A stretch of 48,694 bases of DNA from a virus (lineage: Duplodnaviria; Caudoviricetes), in the IMG/VR virus record IMGVR_UViG_3300033153_005799, positions 1 to 48,694 of that record, one strand, 5' to 3'. The notes below the pieces were generated by a model. The model saw only the letters and a list, made by a program, of their open reading frames with translations. It was not told the DNA's origin and did not search any database. The position numbers were made by a program, and so were the translations under genes. This document shows positions 26,153 to 36,523 of this stretch, piece after piece; the stretch's first letter is position 1, and each line of letters opens with the position of its first letter.

Positions 26153-26946
26153 TATTCCTCAAACCTATCTTGTATATAATTCATAAGCTGCGCTTGCGTA
26201 ATTGTCATAGTTCCACCTGCATCTATCACTATATCAACCGCCGCTGAGGTAAGATAATATTGTCTTCTCCGTATAATATTTCCATCAAGAGCGCCTTTCA
26301 CTACTCGCTTAAAATGTTGAAAGACAATATTCGCTGTGATCTCAAAAACAATAACCAAACCACTATTTAAAATAATAGTCGTCCCTCTACCTTCAATATA
26401 AGTTTCTATAAATGAAGGATTCATACCGGATGCAGAATAATCAATCCTGATAGTATGAATGCCCGTTGCCTCATCATAGCCATCTTCTGAAAACTGAAAC
26501 AAAGCATGTTTATCTTCTCTAATTTCCCAAAAACCCTGAGATTTAATAGCATCAAAAGCAAGTACATCAAAAACAACTTCGTTTGATGCAGTACTGAAAA
26601 TAGAACAACCCCATTTAGTTAAAAATGTTTCTACTTTATCCCTTGTCAGTCCTCCTAAATTAGAAGCACTTACATCTTCAGCAAAGGCTCTTAACCTGTA
26701 ACCATCAATAGATGCATTTCTATTTACAACAGAATAATCAAAAGTCTGTACCCACATTTTGCTCAAATAATTTACCACTGTCATAGTTGCAATTTCAGGA
26801 ACCTTAACAATAATAAAAGTAGGCAACCCTTCTTTTAAACCATAACTACTACTATTGGCTCTGACTTCTACAAAATCACCTTTCTTATATTGAGTAGGGT
26901 TTGCAGAATCTTTGTCTGCTGCCATGATTATAAATTCAGCCATCAT
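26152..26946 (-). CDS. hypothetical protein (fibre cluster)
   Basis: AGGAGG RBS, TAATG coupling. Confidence 0.65.
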   Translation of the reverse strand: MMAEFIIMAADKDSANPTQYKKGDFVEVRANSSSYGLKEGLPTFIIVKVPEIATMTVVNYLSKMWVQTFDYSVVNRNASIDGYRLRAFAEDVSASNLGGLTRDKVETFLTKWGCSIFSTASNEVVFDVLAFDAIKSQGFWEIREDKHALFQFSEDGYDEATGIHTIRIDYSASGMNPSFIETYIEGRGTTIILNSGLVIVFEITANIVFQHFKRVVKGALDGNIIRRRQYYLTSAAVDIVIDAGGTMTITQAQLMNYIQDRFEE

Positions 26947-26976
26947 TCCTCCTATACTAACCTACTAAAAAGACTT

Positions 26977-27294
26977 TTAAACAAGTACTATTACTTCAAG
27001 TACAGTAGTTGTAGTTCCTTTAGCATAACCAATTATATCTCCTGGATCTGCTGTTATATCAAGCCAAAACGGAGATGCTATGGTAGCAAGTGTTGCGCCA
27101 TTAGACACAGCAGAAAGCTGCATAGCTGCAGCATCTCTTGTATTAAAATAAACTCTCTTTGAATAAATACCTGCTGGAATAGTTATAGCTACAAACCCAA
27201 GTACTACTGATATACTTATCTCTATCACAGCACCTATTAAATTACCAGTCTGTATTGCATTCTTATTACCATCTGTTTTAAGTGCACTTCTCAT
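26977..27294 (-). CDS. small hypothetical virion protein
   Basis: AAGGAG RBS. Confidence 0.6.
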   Translation of the reverse strand: MRSALKTDGNKNAIQTGNLIGAVIEISISVVLGFVAITIPAGIYSKRVYFNTRDAAAMQLSAVSNGATLATIASPFWLDITADPGDIIGYAKGTTTTVLEVIVLV

Positions 27295-27306
27295 AACTTA
27301 TCTCCT

Positions 27307-27516
27307 TTAATTAGCAACTTTAATTCCAATAAATGCCAGTGCTCCACCTATTATACCGCCTACAAAAGAACAGACCTTATCTACCCAAGGTTTTCTTTCT
27401 AACTTAGTAAGCCTTGCATCTATACTTCGTATAGTGTTATACGTCATCCAGTCTCTCTGCTCTTGTGAAGCACTTTCCCAATCCTTATCATCAACTACTA
27501 TAAATCCGTTAGACAT
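27307..27516 (-). CDS. small coiled-coil protein with C-terminal TM segment
   Basis: IDARLTKLE then FVGGIIGGALAFIG. Confidence 0.65.
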   Translation of the reverse strand: MSNGFIVVDDKDWESASQEQRDWMTYNTIRSIDARLTKLERKPWVDKVCSFVGGIIGGALAFIGIKVAN

Positions 27517-27536
27517 TTAATTCTCCCAGTTGAGTT

Positions 27537-27556
27537 GGTCAATTGTTGACCTTTCT
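27537..27556. promoter_or_regulatory. dispersed palindromic element, copy 6 (inverted)
   Basis: GGTCAA-TTG-TTGACCTTTCT. Confidence 0.75.
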
Positions 27557-27559
27557 CGG

Positions 27560-30500
27560 TTAGTGCTCAGTTGAAGGAGCACCAAATAAGTACCTAAGTT
27601 TAGAATCTTTATATCGCTTAGGTATATCATCATTAGTCAACCGTATCATCTTCTTCATCATTTGAGGAACTGGACCATATTTGTCTTGCCATAACCATTC
27701 TTTTAAAAAGTCAACGATAAAGAAGTCAGGACTAAGTTGGTCTCTTGCCGCTTGTGCTCTATTATCAGTTACATCAAACACAGCATTAAGTACTGGACTT
27801 GAAGCGAGTGTAGGATATTTAGTTTCACCTTTCATAAAAGGTATATGAAAAACATGCTCATGTAAATGCATTCCTCCAGCACCACCAGCCATCATAATAC
27901 CGCCAGCCATTAAAACTTCCTTCATAAACTGAACACTCTGTGGCGTTCCAAAGTATCCTCGGTCAGCATTAAGTGCATCCATGATTATACTCTGTTTGAA
28001 CTCATGTTCTCCTTCACGAATGAATTGCTTTATTCCTCTCAGTTCCTTCAGTGTATTCTTAAGTCCCTGTCGCTTTACCTCACCACCTACAGTCTTAATA
28101 AGATCAGCAGCCTTAACAGCCCCAATTAACCTTCTCTCCATAATTTTAAAAGCTGTATTTTGAAACAATGCCAATGCTCTTATCTTAGGATTACGCATCC
28201 AACTTGGGTTCAGTACCCCACTCAAGAAGTTATTCTTAAGAATTGTATCAACTACTCCATAGGCAGCATCTTTTGCAGTCATTCCTCTTTTAGCTGCCAT
28301 CGCCATTGCAGCAAGAACACCATGAGTTCTATCAAAATGCTCAACTGCACGGACAAGAACACCTCCCTTCTCATTAGCGAATTTAAGAGCAGCATCAAAT
28401 GTACTTGCTGGATTAACCTGTAAGTCCAAATCCATTATAGTATTCATATAACCATATTGTCTTGAATATGTCTTAGTTACAAGGTCTGTTACTGCACGTT
28501 CGCCTACCTTACCTTGCATACCAAGTTGCTTTGCTAACTCTCTTCCTCGCATTCCTTTACTAAAGGTTCGAGAGAAGACTCGAACACTTTGTGGAATGTG
28601 TTTCATTGCTTCCCCAAAACCAAGTTGTGCCCAAGTACCAGGAAGTTTAAATAGATGTTTAAAAGCAACTGAACTTGAAAAACCAAGAAGCCTAAAGACT
28701 TCAATAGCTACATATGTATTAGCAGCTTTATTACTCCATGTATCTGGGGCAGGTTTACTTGCTTCATGAAGTCTATTAAAGAAGTCTCTTAGTGGAGCAG
28801 AGTCCTTTATAATAGGACTTTTACTTAGTGAGTACCAACCATCTTTGCTTTTTTTATTCCAGAATCCTCCCATATAAATCCTGGCTTCTGCATCAGGAAT
28901 ATACCTACCAGTATTAAACCCTATATGAGGAACCATTTGTCTACTGTACTTAGAACGGCTAAAGAATTTAGTGTATGGAACAGCCGCTGGAATATCAAGT
29001 TTAAGTCTTTTCAATTCATCTATAACAAACTGTTTTCTCTGGGATGGATGAAAGGCGTGATGTATATAAGGTTGACTACGAATAACTGAATCCTTGCCCA
29101 TTACTCCAGTAATAGTTTCAGCGTAGTCTTCCATAAATTTCTTATAGTAGCCAACTGCTTCTAATTCAGAATATGTCATTTTATCTTTAAGCCAAGGACG
29201 AAACTTAAAGTCAACTGTGTCTTCAGCAGCAAGTGACATTCTAACTGCAGGATGTGTGTCAGATAAATGCTTCATCATTACTTCATGTTCTTTCTGAAAC
29301 TGTTTAGCTGGACCCTGCAGTTCTTTACGAGCTTCTCTTAGTATTTTAAGAGAACTGTCAGCTTCATCAATTCCTTTTTGAAGCGCTATTTTATCATCTA
29401 CCTTTATTTTCTTTTTCTTAAGATCTTCATAGAAACCTTTTCTTATTCCTTTGATAGTAGCCATCTTAGACTCAATAGCATTATACGCTCCTACTTGAAC
29501 AGAGAACCTATCTGATAATGGTTTCATTGCTTCTATAATATTTTTAGGGTTTCTGTCATAGTTTAAAACATCATCCATCATATTATCAAAGACTTTCATA
29601 TGCTTCTCAACCATATGACCCTGAGCAATGTGCCTACTACCAAGTTCAATAGCAGGATCACCACCAGCTTTAAAAAACAATCTTCCAAAACCAGCAACTC
29701 CCATAAACTTGCTTGTACCAAGTGGAGTATCAACAACTCTGGTTACTTGGTCAACCAGACGCTCTCCTCTATCCTTAACCATCTTTGATACACTGAGGGC
29801 TTTCATTCTTGTACCCATAAACTTCTGTCCTTCAACAGCAGGAATATAAGCATACCCTTGATCAACTATTTCTTTAAACAATTCCTTTACACTTCTACCA
29901 GTAGCCTTTAAGGAATCAATTACAAACTTGGATACCTTAGAATGAGCAGCAACTTCAACAGCTACTTTACCAATCGAAGCTTCGGCAGTTTGTGTTTCTC
30001 CATCAAAGATGGACAGTAGAGGGACTGTAGCTGCTACAATATAGAACATCTTCCACTTTGAAGGGTCAAACTCTTTTCGAGTTAAAGCATCAGCACTTTG
30101 AAACATCTCTTCAATAGTTTCAGAGTTACCTGCCCTTGCCAACCACTCAGCATCATCCATTTCAGCTTCAGTTAACTTCCTTCCAATACTTCCTTCCAGT
30201 GCTTCAACATGGTCTTTCATCACTGGTTTAAGTGCTTCTTCCTTCAATGGCCTTTGCTTCTTAGCTTGAGCAGCAAGTATCTTTTGCTTTGCCTGCAAGT
30301 AAGATATTTCTTCCATTCCTACGGGAATGGTAGCTTCCTTCTTCGCAACAACTTCATCTGGAACCTGCTCAACAGCCTTCTTTCCTTTCTTCCTTACAAC
30401 AGCACCAGACTTAGTCTGAACAAGACCACCTTTAAACCTCTTACCCATTTCAGCAAGACGAAGTCTTGAAGCAGCTATATCCTCTCCAACCTCAGCAATT

Positions 30501-32002
30501 TTAGTAGCAAGTATTTCCTTATCAACAGCATCATTAACAGGAGCTGCTGCCTTAGCAGCTTTCTTTGCTGTCTTCTCAGTTTTCTTTAAAAGCCTTTCTC
30601 CTTTAGAAAACTTATAATTTTTGAGTAGGTCATCAGTAGTATACCTTTCAATTTGTGCAGCGTCAACTTCATCCATAACGGCTTTGACACCTTTGGTAAT
30701 TCCATCCTTAATCTCCTTTAACCTTTGATCAGCAACAACATCAACACCTTCTTTAACTTCAGCAGTAGCCTTCTTAATTCCTTTAGTCTTAGCCTTCTGC
30801 ATAGCTACATCAGCTTGCTCATCAGTAAAACTACTGAATACTCTTTTAACATCTTTAGATGTCCAAGGTGCAGTCTTCTTAACTCCCTCTCTAAAGGGAC
30901 TTTCAAATCCACCATAGGCTTTTACATAACCTTCAACAGATGAAGCAGCAGCTGTTCTCCTATCAAATAACTCAGCAATAGAAAATGCTTGACTCTTCTT
31001 TACTCCTTCAATAGAAGTATCTACCATTTCATTAGCTGCTTTAGCTACTGCTCTATCTTTGCCAAGTCTAATAGCATTCCTTGCACTTGGGTACTGCATC
31101 AATGTCTTCTCTGCGATACCTTTAATAAGATCTTTCTCAGCTGCTTTAGCTACAATACCTCTAAATAGTTTATGCCCTCCATATGCAGGAGCAATACCTA
31201 CTACAAGACCTCTGGCCACATCCATTTGCCAACTGTCATTATAAGCCCTTCCAAAGTTAGACTTTTCAACTACATTCTGCAGTGCATCATATACTTTAAA
31301 AGCTGGGACAGCAAGTACTGCAGCAGCGCCAACTGCTGGCCCAAATGCAGTAGCAGCAAGTCGCTTAGCTGCCCACTTTCCAAGCATCTTCTTAGACATG
31401 GTCTTAGCTAAGCCCTTTTGCAGCCCTCTTACTCCAACTTCAAAACCAGCACCATAACCCATAGCTTCTAAGAAGCCTGTATGGTACTCTTCAACTTCCA
31501 GCGCTCCTTGTCTATCCTTATACTCTTGATACCCTGGAAGTGCTCTTACCTTATCATCTTCACCAAAAGCACCAAACCAGTTAAGCGGAGCATAGTCTTT
31601 CTTATATTTATATTTATGAGATTCTTCAATAAGTGACTTACCACTTTCACCCTTTATATTAAGCCCACTACCAGCAAGACCATAGACTATTTGGTCTACT
31701 GAGTACCTTGCATTCTCAGGACTAATTAGTGCTCCTTTTATATTCTCTTTAAGTTGTGTCCCATAACCCTTTAAAGGATGGTCGTCAGGTATATTAGCTT
31801 CAGCAGCATCTGTCTTCAGTGCAAAGTCACTACTCAACTTAGCTTTTGAAGGAGATACCATTTGAGTAAAGTCTGCAACAAGCTTATCCAATTGAGCTGG
31901 ATTAGCAAGGAGCGCCATCTTTTTCTTTGCTCGGCGTGCTGCCTCAGTTCTTCTTGAGTCATCACTAAATGCACTATGTAATAACTGTTCTCCAATATTC
32001 AT
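27560..32002 (-). CDS. large internal virion / DNA ejection protein
   Basis: 1480 aa, A/K-rich and helical, last of the core genes as in podoviruses. Confidence 0.6.
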   Translation of the reverse strand: MNIGEQLLHSAFSDDSRRTEAARRAKKKMALLANPAQLDKLVADFTQMVSPSKAKLSSDFALKTDAAEANIPDDHPLKGYGTQLKENIKGALISPENARYSVDQIVYGLAGSGLNIKGESGKSLIEESHKYKYKKDYAPLNWFGAFGEDDKVRALPGYQEYKDRQGALEVEEYHTGFLEAMGYGAGFEVGVRGLQKGLAKTMSKKMLGKWAAKRLAATAFGPAVGAAAVLAVPAFKVYDALQNVVEKSNFGRAYNDSWQMDVARGLVVGIAPAYGGHKLFRGIVAKAAEKDLIKGIAEKTLMQYPSARNAIRLGKDRAVAKAANEMVDTSIEGVKKSQAFSIAELFDRRTAAASSVEGYVKAYGGFESPFREGVKKTAPWTSKDVKRVFSSFTDEQADVAMQKAKTKGIKKATAEVKEGVDVVADQRLKEIKDGITKGVKAVMDEVDAAQIERYTTDDLLKNYKFSKGERLLKKTEKTAKKAAKAAAPVNDAVDKEILATKIAEVGEDIAASRLRLAEMGKRFKGGLVQTKSGAVVRKKGKKAVEQVPDEVVAKKEATIPVGMEEISYLQAKQKILAAQAKKQRPLKEEALKPVMKDHVEALEGSIGRKLTEAEMDDAEWLARAGNSETIEEMFQSADALTRKEFDPSKWKMFYIVAATVPLLSIFDGETQTAEASIGKVAVEVAAHSKVSKFVIDSLKATGRSVKELFKEIVDQGYAYIPAVEGQKFMGTRMKALSVSKMVKDRGERLVDQVTRVVDTPLGTSKFMGVAGFGRLFFKAGGDPAIELGSRHIAQGHMVEKHMKVFDNMMDDVLNYDRNPKNIIEAMKPLSDRFSVQVGAYNAIESKMATIKGIRKGFYEDLKKKKIKVDDKIALQKGIDEADSSLKILREARKELQGPAKQFQKEHEVMMKHLSDTHPAVRMSLAAEDTVDFKFRPWLKDKMTYSELEAVGYYKKFMEDYAETITGVMGKDSVIRSQPYIHHAFHPSQRKQFVIDELKRLKLDIPAAVPYTKFFSRSKYSRQMVPHIGFNTGRYIPDAEARIYMGGFWNKKSKDGWYSLSKSPIIKDSAPLRDFFNRLHEASKPAPDTWSNKAANTYVAIEVFRLLGFSSSVAFKHLFKLPGTWAQLGFGEAMKHIPQSVRVFSRTFSKGMRGRELAKQLGMQGKVGERAVTDLVTKTYSRQYGYMNTIMDLDLQVNPASTFDAALKFANEKGGVLVRAVEHFDRTHGVLAAMAMAAKRGMTAKDAAYGVVDTILKNNFLSGVLNPSWMRNPKIRALALFQNTAFKIMERRLIGAVKAADLIKTVGGEVKRQGLKNTLKELRGIKQFIREGEHEFKQSIIMDALNADRGYFGTPQSVQFMKEVLMAGGIMMAGGAGGMHLHEHVFHIPFMKGETKYPTLASSPVLNAVFDVTDNRAQAARDQLSPDFFIVDFLKEWLWQDKYGPVPQMMKKMIRLTNDDIPKRYKDSKLRYLFGAPSTEH

Positions 32003-32013
32003 AGCTTGTCCTT

Positions 32014-32646
32014 TTACAACCTAAATTTACTTGTCGGCCTTCTAAAGTTATCAAGAAAACTTTGTAGAAAGGTAGGTTTCTTTTTCTTAGTCATAGTTCC
32101 ATAAGCAGGAGCTTGTGGTAATAATGGCTGCTCTACTTGGCCAGGAAGTGGAACATCTTCTCCCCATCCTCCACTACCGCTTCCCACAGGTCTTTCGTGA
32201 GGAAGTCTTGCTCTTGTTTCTGAATCTACCATATCTGGCCTCACTGACGACATAGCAGCTTTAGGTCGTGTACCTTCTGGCATACGCCTATCAGCAAAGA
32301 ATACATTAGTCCTTGGTATAATAGGAGGAAGACCAAGTTTGTCTCTAACCGCACCTTCACCATAATCTTGCTCTATACCACGAGCAAACCTAGTTCCTAC
32401 ATTACCAAGACGAACTGCTTCTGTCTGTTCTTCTTGAAGTGGCCCACCAAACTCCTGCGCAGCCATAAGCCTATTCATAGCACCTTCCTCTTGAATCCTT
32501 GCAGTATCTCCTATGTCAGTACTCCGCATACCCTGTAAAGCTTGGTCATACTCAGCTTCCTGCCTTCTTGCTTCCGAAGTAGAAACACCTGTTGCCAGAT
32601 TCCTTCTTCGAAACTTTTTCATTGTTTCACCTAATGAAACTCTCAT
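32014..32646 (-). CDS. probable internal virion protein
   Basis: GAGG RBS; low-complexity; position before large core gene. Confidence 0.55.
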   Translation of the reverse strand: MRVSLGETMKKFRRRNLATGVSTSEARRQEAEYDQALQGMRSTDIGDTARIQEEGAMNRLMAAQEFGGPLQEEQTEAVRLGNVGTRFARGIEQDYGEGAVRDKLGLPPIIPRTNVFFADRRMPEGTRPKAAMSSVRPDMVDSETRARLPHERPVGSGSGGWGEDVPLPGQVEQPLLPQAPAYGTMTKKKKPTFLQSFLDNFRRPTSKFRL

Positions 32647-32662
32647 AATCTTACCTCACTTT

Positions 32663-32683
32663 AAGAAAGGTCAACGATTGACC
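32663..32683. promoter_or_regulatory. dispersed palindromic element, copy 7
   Basis: AAGAAAGGTCAA-CGA-TTGACC. Confidence 0.75.
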
Positions 32684-32691
32684 TACATCAG

Positions 32692-33777
32692 TTAATGTTT
32701 GTATATATGCTGATGAACTTCACTCTGACTCTGTCCAACACTTTCACTATCTGTTTCAGACCAATTCATTCCACCATGGAAGTTATATCCTGTTGCAGTA
32801 TTAATGGAGCTAAGTGCGCTTGCAGCCAACTGAGCCATTACACTTCCACCTGCCTTAGCAGCTTCCAGTTGAAGTTCTTTAACAACAGTAAAAACTTTAA
32901 GGTTTGCCTCCATTTCTGAAATTAATATATCTGCTTCTATTTTAGCTTTCTGTAATTCAAGACTAATCTTAGTACTAAGTGTTTCATAATACGCTTTTTG
33001 CATTTCAACAGTAGCTACATACTGAGCTACATTAGCTTCAAGTACTTTAACCTTTGCTTCAATAACAGCAACTTGTGCTTGAATACCAGATATATAACCA
33101 TTAATCTCTGCAACATAAGCTTCTACTCTAACAGCATATTCTTGAAGTCTTACCTTGAACAATTCAATACAAGTAGTCAGTGCAAACTGAGTTTGTGTCT
33201 GTGCTAACTTAGTCTGGTTAACCAGAATATCATTGTTTAAATCCTCAGACTTTCTAACTATCTCACTTGAAAGTCGAGCCATTAAACTGGCAACTACCCC
33301 AGGTAAAACATCAAAACCTCTTGAAGCATAGAGATTTTCAAGCTTTTCATATTCATCTCTAAACTCTTCATCAAGTCTATTCCTTGCTCTATCATATATA
33401 GCATTCTCTACATCTTCATTAATACCAGAACCACCATTTAATAGTGTTTCATTTATATTGGTAAAGACAAGATCTAACATAGCTTCAACATCTGTGTCAT
33501 TAAATGAAGGTGGACTTGGTAGTGAGCCAGTAATAACTAATTCCAACTCCAGCGGGTCAAGTGCAGGAGGAAGTTCTATATTAATATCTGGAATTTCAAT
33601 AACAGGCATTTCTATTTCAAGTGTCGGTATTTCATACAACTCAAATAGTGCTTTAAGTTCTTCAAGAAACTCTTGCGCAGAAGCAAATGCTTCATCAGCA
33701 TACTCTCTTGCCTGCGCAATTTGAGTAGTCGTTATATCAAGTGCTATATCTTTTATGTACTGACTGTCAGTAGCCAT
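32692..33777 (-). CDS. coiled-coil virion protein (internal or tail)
   Basis: long heptad pattern; ASRGF..LPG motif. Confidence 0.6.
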   Translation of the reverse strand: MATDSQYIKDIALDITTTQIAQAREYADEAFASAQEFLEELKALFELYEIPTLEIEMPVIEIPDINIELPPALDPLELELVITGSLPSPPSFNDTDVEAMLDLVFTNINETLLNGGSGINEDVENAIYDRARNRLDEEFRDEYEKLENLYASRGFDVLPGVVASLMARLSSEIVRKSEDLNNDILVNQTKLAQTQTQFALTTCIELFKVRLQEYAVRVEAYVAEINGYISGIQAQVAVIEAKVKVLEANVAQYVATVEMQKAYYETLSTKISLELQKAKIEADILISEMEANLKVFTVVKELQLEAAKAGGSVMAQLAASALSSINTATGYNFHGGMNWSETDSESVGQSQSEVHQHIYKH

Positions 33778-35138
33778 TAGGCATTCTCCTCAGGTACTTC
33801 ATATATCTTAACTTCTAAATCAATAGCTTCATTTGCAATACTAAAGTCTAAACTATTACTGCTTATATAATCAGTTATTAAAGTATTTACTGTCATAGTA
33901 AAATCAACACTCTCTAATTGCTCTCTTGGGTCTACTTCTAAGGTACTTTTGTACTCATTAACTGCACATTTAATATCTCCAACAACATTATAAGTTGTGC
34001 TTGATTGCTGCTCATGTATTTGTCTTCCCCAATAACCAAATAACTGAACAAATACTTCCCCACTGAAAACTGTCAAGTTAATAGGAACATCATAGCCTAA
34101 CCATTCTTTAGATATATTATACGAAGATGGCCCACAAGTAGTTGCTACCCAAACCTTAGTTACTTCATCATATAAGTATAAAGGAGTAAAATCCCCAAGT
34201 GGAGACTTAAGCGTACAGTCATATACATCTCCATATTGATAACAAGCATTATCTTCAGCTATTAATTCACTATGTGCACAGTGGTCATAATTAGTATTGT
34301 ATACATTATAAGAATATGAATTATACTCTCTTTCATAAACAATAGCATGATTTCTTACACAAGTAGTTAATCCTGCAAAAGCTCCAGGTACTGTAATAGT
34401 AAGATTATAACTTTTAAGCGGGCCAAGAATAAAAGCTTTCATATCATACCATCTAAGTTGATCGTACCAGTCCCAAACTGCCCCGCACTCTGGACAAGTT
34501 TCCCATGTTCCATGCCAAGAGCCATCATACCATTCTCTTGGTTCAACACAGCACCAATAATAATCATAGCCACATGGACCACTTGGTACATCGTAAAAGC
34601 CGTAGTATCCCCAGTAGTTAGATAGTGTATTGGTAAGTGCTCCACAACCAGTATTAGCTGACCCTAACCCATTACCACTTGTTTCTCCAGCAAGAACTAC
34701 ACTGTAAATACCATTATTATCTGTAGCATCCTCAGCCATGCTTGCTGCAATCCAGCCATCAACATCATCTTCAGTTATAGGATACTCAACAAATGCATCA
34801 GCTAATGCTCCACTTCCTACATCCCATATAATATACTTTGAGTCATATACTGGATTCTTAACCTCAATAACCACAAAGTTTACAGTGATTGGATATTCTT
34901 CCTCAACTACCGGAGGAATAACTGGAACAACTTCAGGAAATGTAACATCAATTACTTCTTGTCCTAAGATATTTGCTACTTTAATAATAGCACCACTTGC
35001 TAACCTAACAGTCTTTTGTAACTGACCAAGGTTATTAAAAGCCATATCTCTATTAAGTTCATCTAATACCCTTCTTGCAGTAGGAAGCAACAGCTTCGCA
35101 GAATCAGTATCTCCATGAAGGCGAAGTCTGTATGGCAT
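33777..35138 (-). CDS. hypothetical tail-associated protein
   Basis: 453-aa ORF coupled on both sides; Cys/Tyr/Trp-rich middle. Confidence 0.55.
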   Translation of the reverse strand: MPYRLRLHGDTDSAKLLLPTARRVLDELNRDMAFNNLGQLQKTVRLASGAIIKVANILGQEVIDVTFPEVVPVIPPVVEEEYPITVNFVVIEVKNPVYDSKYIIWDVGSGALADAFVEYPITEDDVDGWIAASMAEDATDNNGIYSVVLAGETSGNGLGSANTGCGALTNTLSNYWGYYGFYDVPSGPCGYDYYWCCVEPREWYDGSWHGTWETCPECGAVWDWYDQLRWYDMKAFILGPLKSYNLTITVPGAFAGLTTCVRNHAIVYEREYNSYSYNVYNTNYDHCAHSELIAEDNACYQYGDVYDCTLKSPLGDFTPLYLYDEVTKVWVATTCGPSSYNISKEWLGYDVPINLTVFSGEVFVQLFGYWGRQIHEQQSSTTYNVVGDIKCAVNEYKSTLEVDPREQLESVDFTMTVNTLITDYISSNSLDFSIANEAIDLEVKIYEVPEENA

Positions 35139-36013
35139 TAAACTCTCCCAAGAACAATAGGAAACATTTCAAGAGTGTCTATTTCAAAATCAGCACCTCT
35201 TACATTAATAATCTTAAACTTCCAGTAAGAGCCTTTTCCTTCCCTTCCAACAGGAATCTTAGTTTTTGACCTAACTGTCTTAGGTTCAAACAGTCTTCTC
35301 CTTTCATTCCCTTCATCATTTTCAGTATAAAGTCGCAGTGGTTTACTTGCCGTTCCTCCATAATAAACACTTCTTACTCGTTTCTTATTATCTATACCAA
35401 AATCACAGAGTGGAAAAGTAGCATAAGCTACTATATTTTCCCCACTATCTTCTCCACTGTCCAGTCTATAAAGTCCCGAGTCAGAAGCACCGAAAGATAA
35501 ATTACCAATACGACACATACTATTAAAAGTAAAGTTTGCATATTCACTAAGTCCCAATGTTTTAAGGTTAATTGCATACCCTGTAACTGCACCAGATGAA
35601 CTAGTTGAAATACTAGCCTGTAACAATGGAAGGATTATAGCAGCAGTAACCAGTATGTCATGTATCGAAGTTGCTCGAAGTATAAGCTTTGGTAGTTCAA
35701 TAATAACTGAGCATAAAACTGGAGTTGTAGCAATACCACTTATAATTAGTTTAGGAAGCTCTATATCAACAGTACATATACTACCGACAACAGCATTAGC
35801 ATCAGCAGTCAATAAGGGAAGTTCAAGAGTAACAGTAGCACCACTATAGGCCACCATCTCTAATGAAGGTAGTATTACCTCAACACTGCACCCTGTACGA
35901 GCAGCTGTATTAATGGTCAAGTTTGGTAATGTTATAGCAACTGCTACACTTATACCAGAATCTCGGACATACTCAGTAATAGTAATTGTATCAAAAACAT
36001 TAACGTCTGGCAT
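35138..36013 (-). CDS. tail-associated protein with N-terminal xLPxL repeats
   Basis: six TLP/ILP/ELP repeat units, then a C-terminal beta domain. Confidence 0.55.
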   Translation of the reverse strand: MPDVNVFDTITITEYVRDSGISVAVAITLPNLTINTAARTGCSVEVILPSLEMVAYSGATVTLELPLLTADANAVVGSICTVDIELPKLIISGIATTPVLCSVIIELPKLILRATSIHDILVTAAIILPLLQASISTSSSGAVTGYAINLKTLGLSEYANFTFNSMCRIGNLSFGASDSGLYRLDSGEDSGENIVAYATFPLCDFGIDNKKRVRSVYYGGTASKPLRLYTENDEGNERRRLFEPKTVRSKTKIPVGREGKGSYWKFKIINVRGADFEIDTLEMFPIVLGRV

Positions 36014-36020
36014 AGTTTAC

Positions 36021-36506
36021 CTATACTGATGGATTAGTAACACTAAAAGTATCAATAGTAGTAGTTGCTCCAACTACAACAGTTGTACTGCTCATAATCA
36101 TTTCAGTTCCGCTTGTTCCACAAGCTCCATCAAAACGTACTGAAACAGAACTTGCTCCCTGCAATCTGTTATTAGCGTAGAATCTGAACCACCCAGCGGT
36201 TCCACCACCTCCTATACCAATCCCCTGCCACGTTTCACCACTGTCTTTCTCAAGTACTCCAGCTGTCGGGTCATCCTCAAATTCAAGCCCATTAGTTGGC
36301 GAACTTGGAGTAAAAGTCAGACCACTTTCAGATATGATAAGAATATTAGTACCACTTTCTGTAAGATCTGCTGTTGCAGGCTGAGAACCAGTGTAAACAT
36401 AAATGACGCCATCAAGGAACAAAGTTCCAAAGCTTGCTCCTACAAGGCTTCCGCCTGTTTGAGCCATCATTAAATTTACTAAGCCTGTACTTAATCGAAA
36501 AGCCAT
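36021..36506 (-). CDS. small virion structural protein
   Basis: IYVYTGSQPATAD...TAGWFRF...RFDG pattern; AAGGAG RBS. Confidence 0.6.
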   Translation of the reverse strand: MAFRLSTGLVNLMMAQTGGSLVGASFGTLFLDGVIYVYTGSQPATADLTESGTNILIISESGLTFTPSSPTNGLEFEDDPTAGVLEKDSGETWQGIGIGGGGTAGWFRFYANNRLQGASSVSVRFDGACGTSGTEMIMSSTTVVVGATTTIDTFSVTNPSV

Positions 36507-36523
36507 TTTGTTTCTCCTTATAA

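Noticed and set aside
27705-27718. AAAAAGTCAACGAT half-site inside the large internal protein gene
   Set aside because: Lacks the TTGACC arm and lies in coding sequence; not counted as a motif copy.
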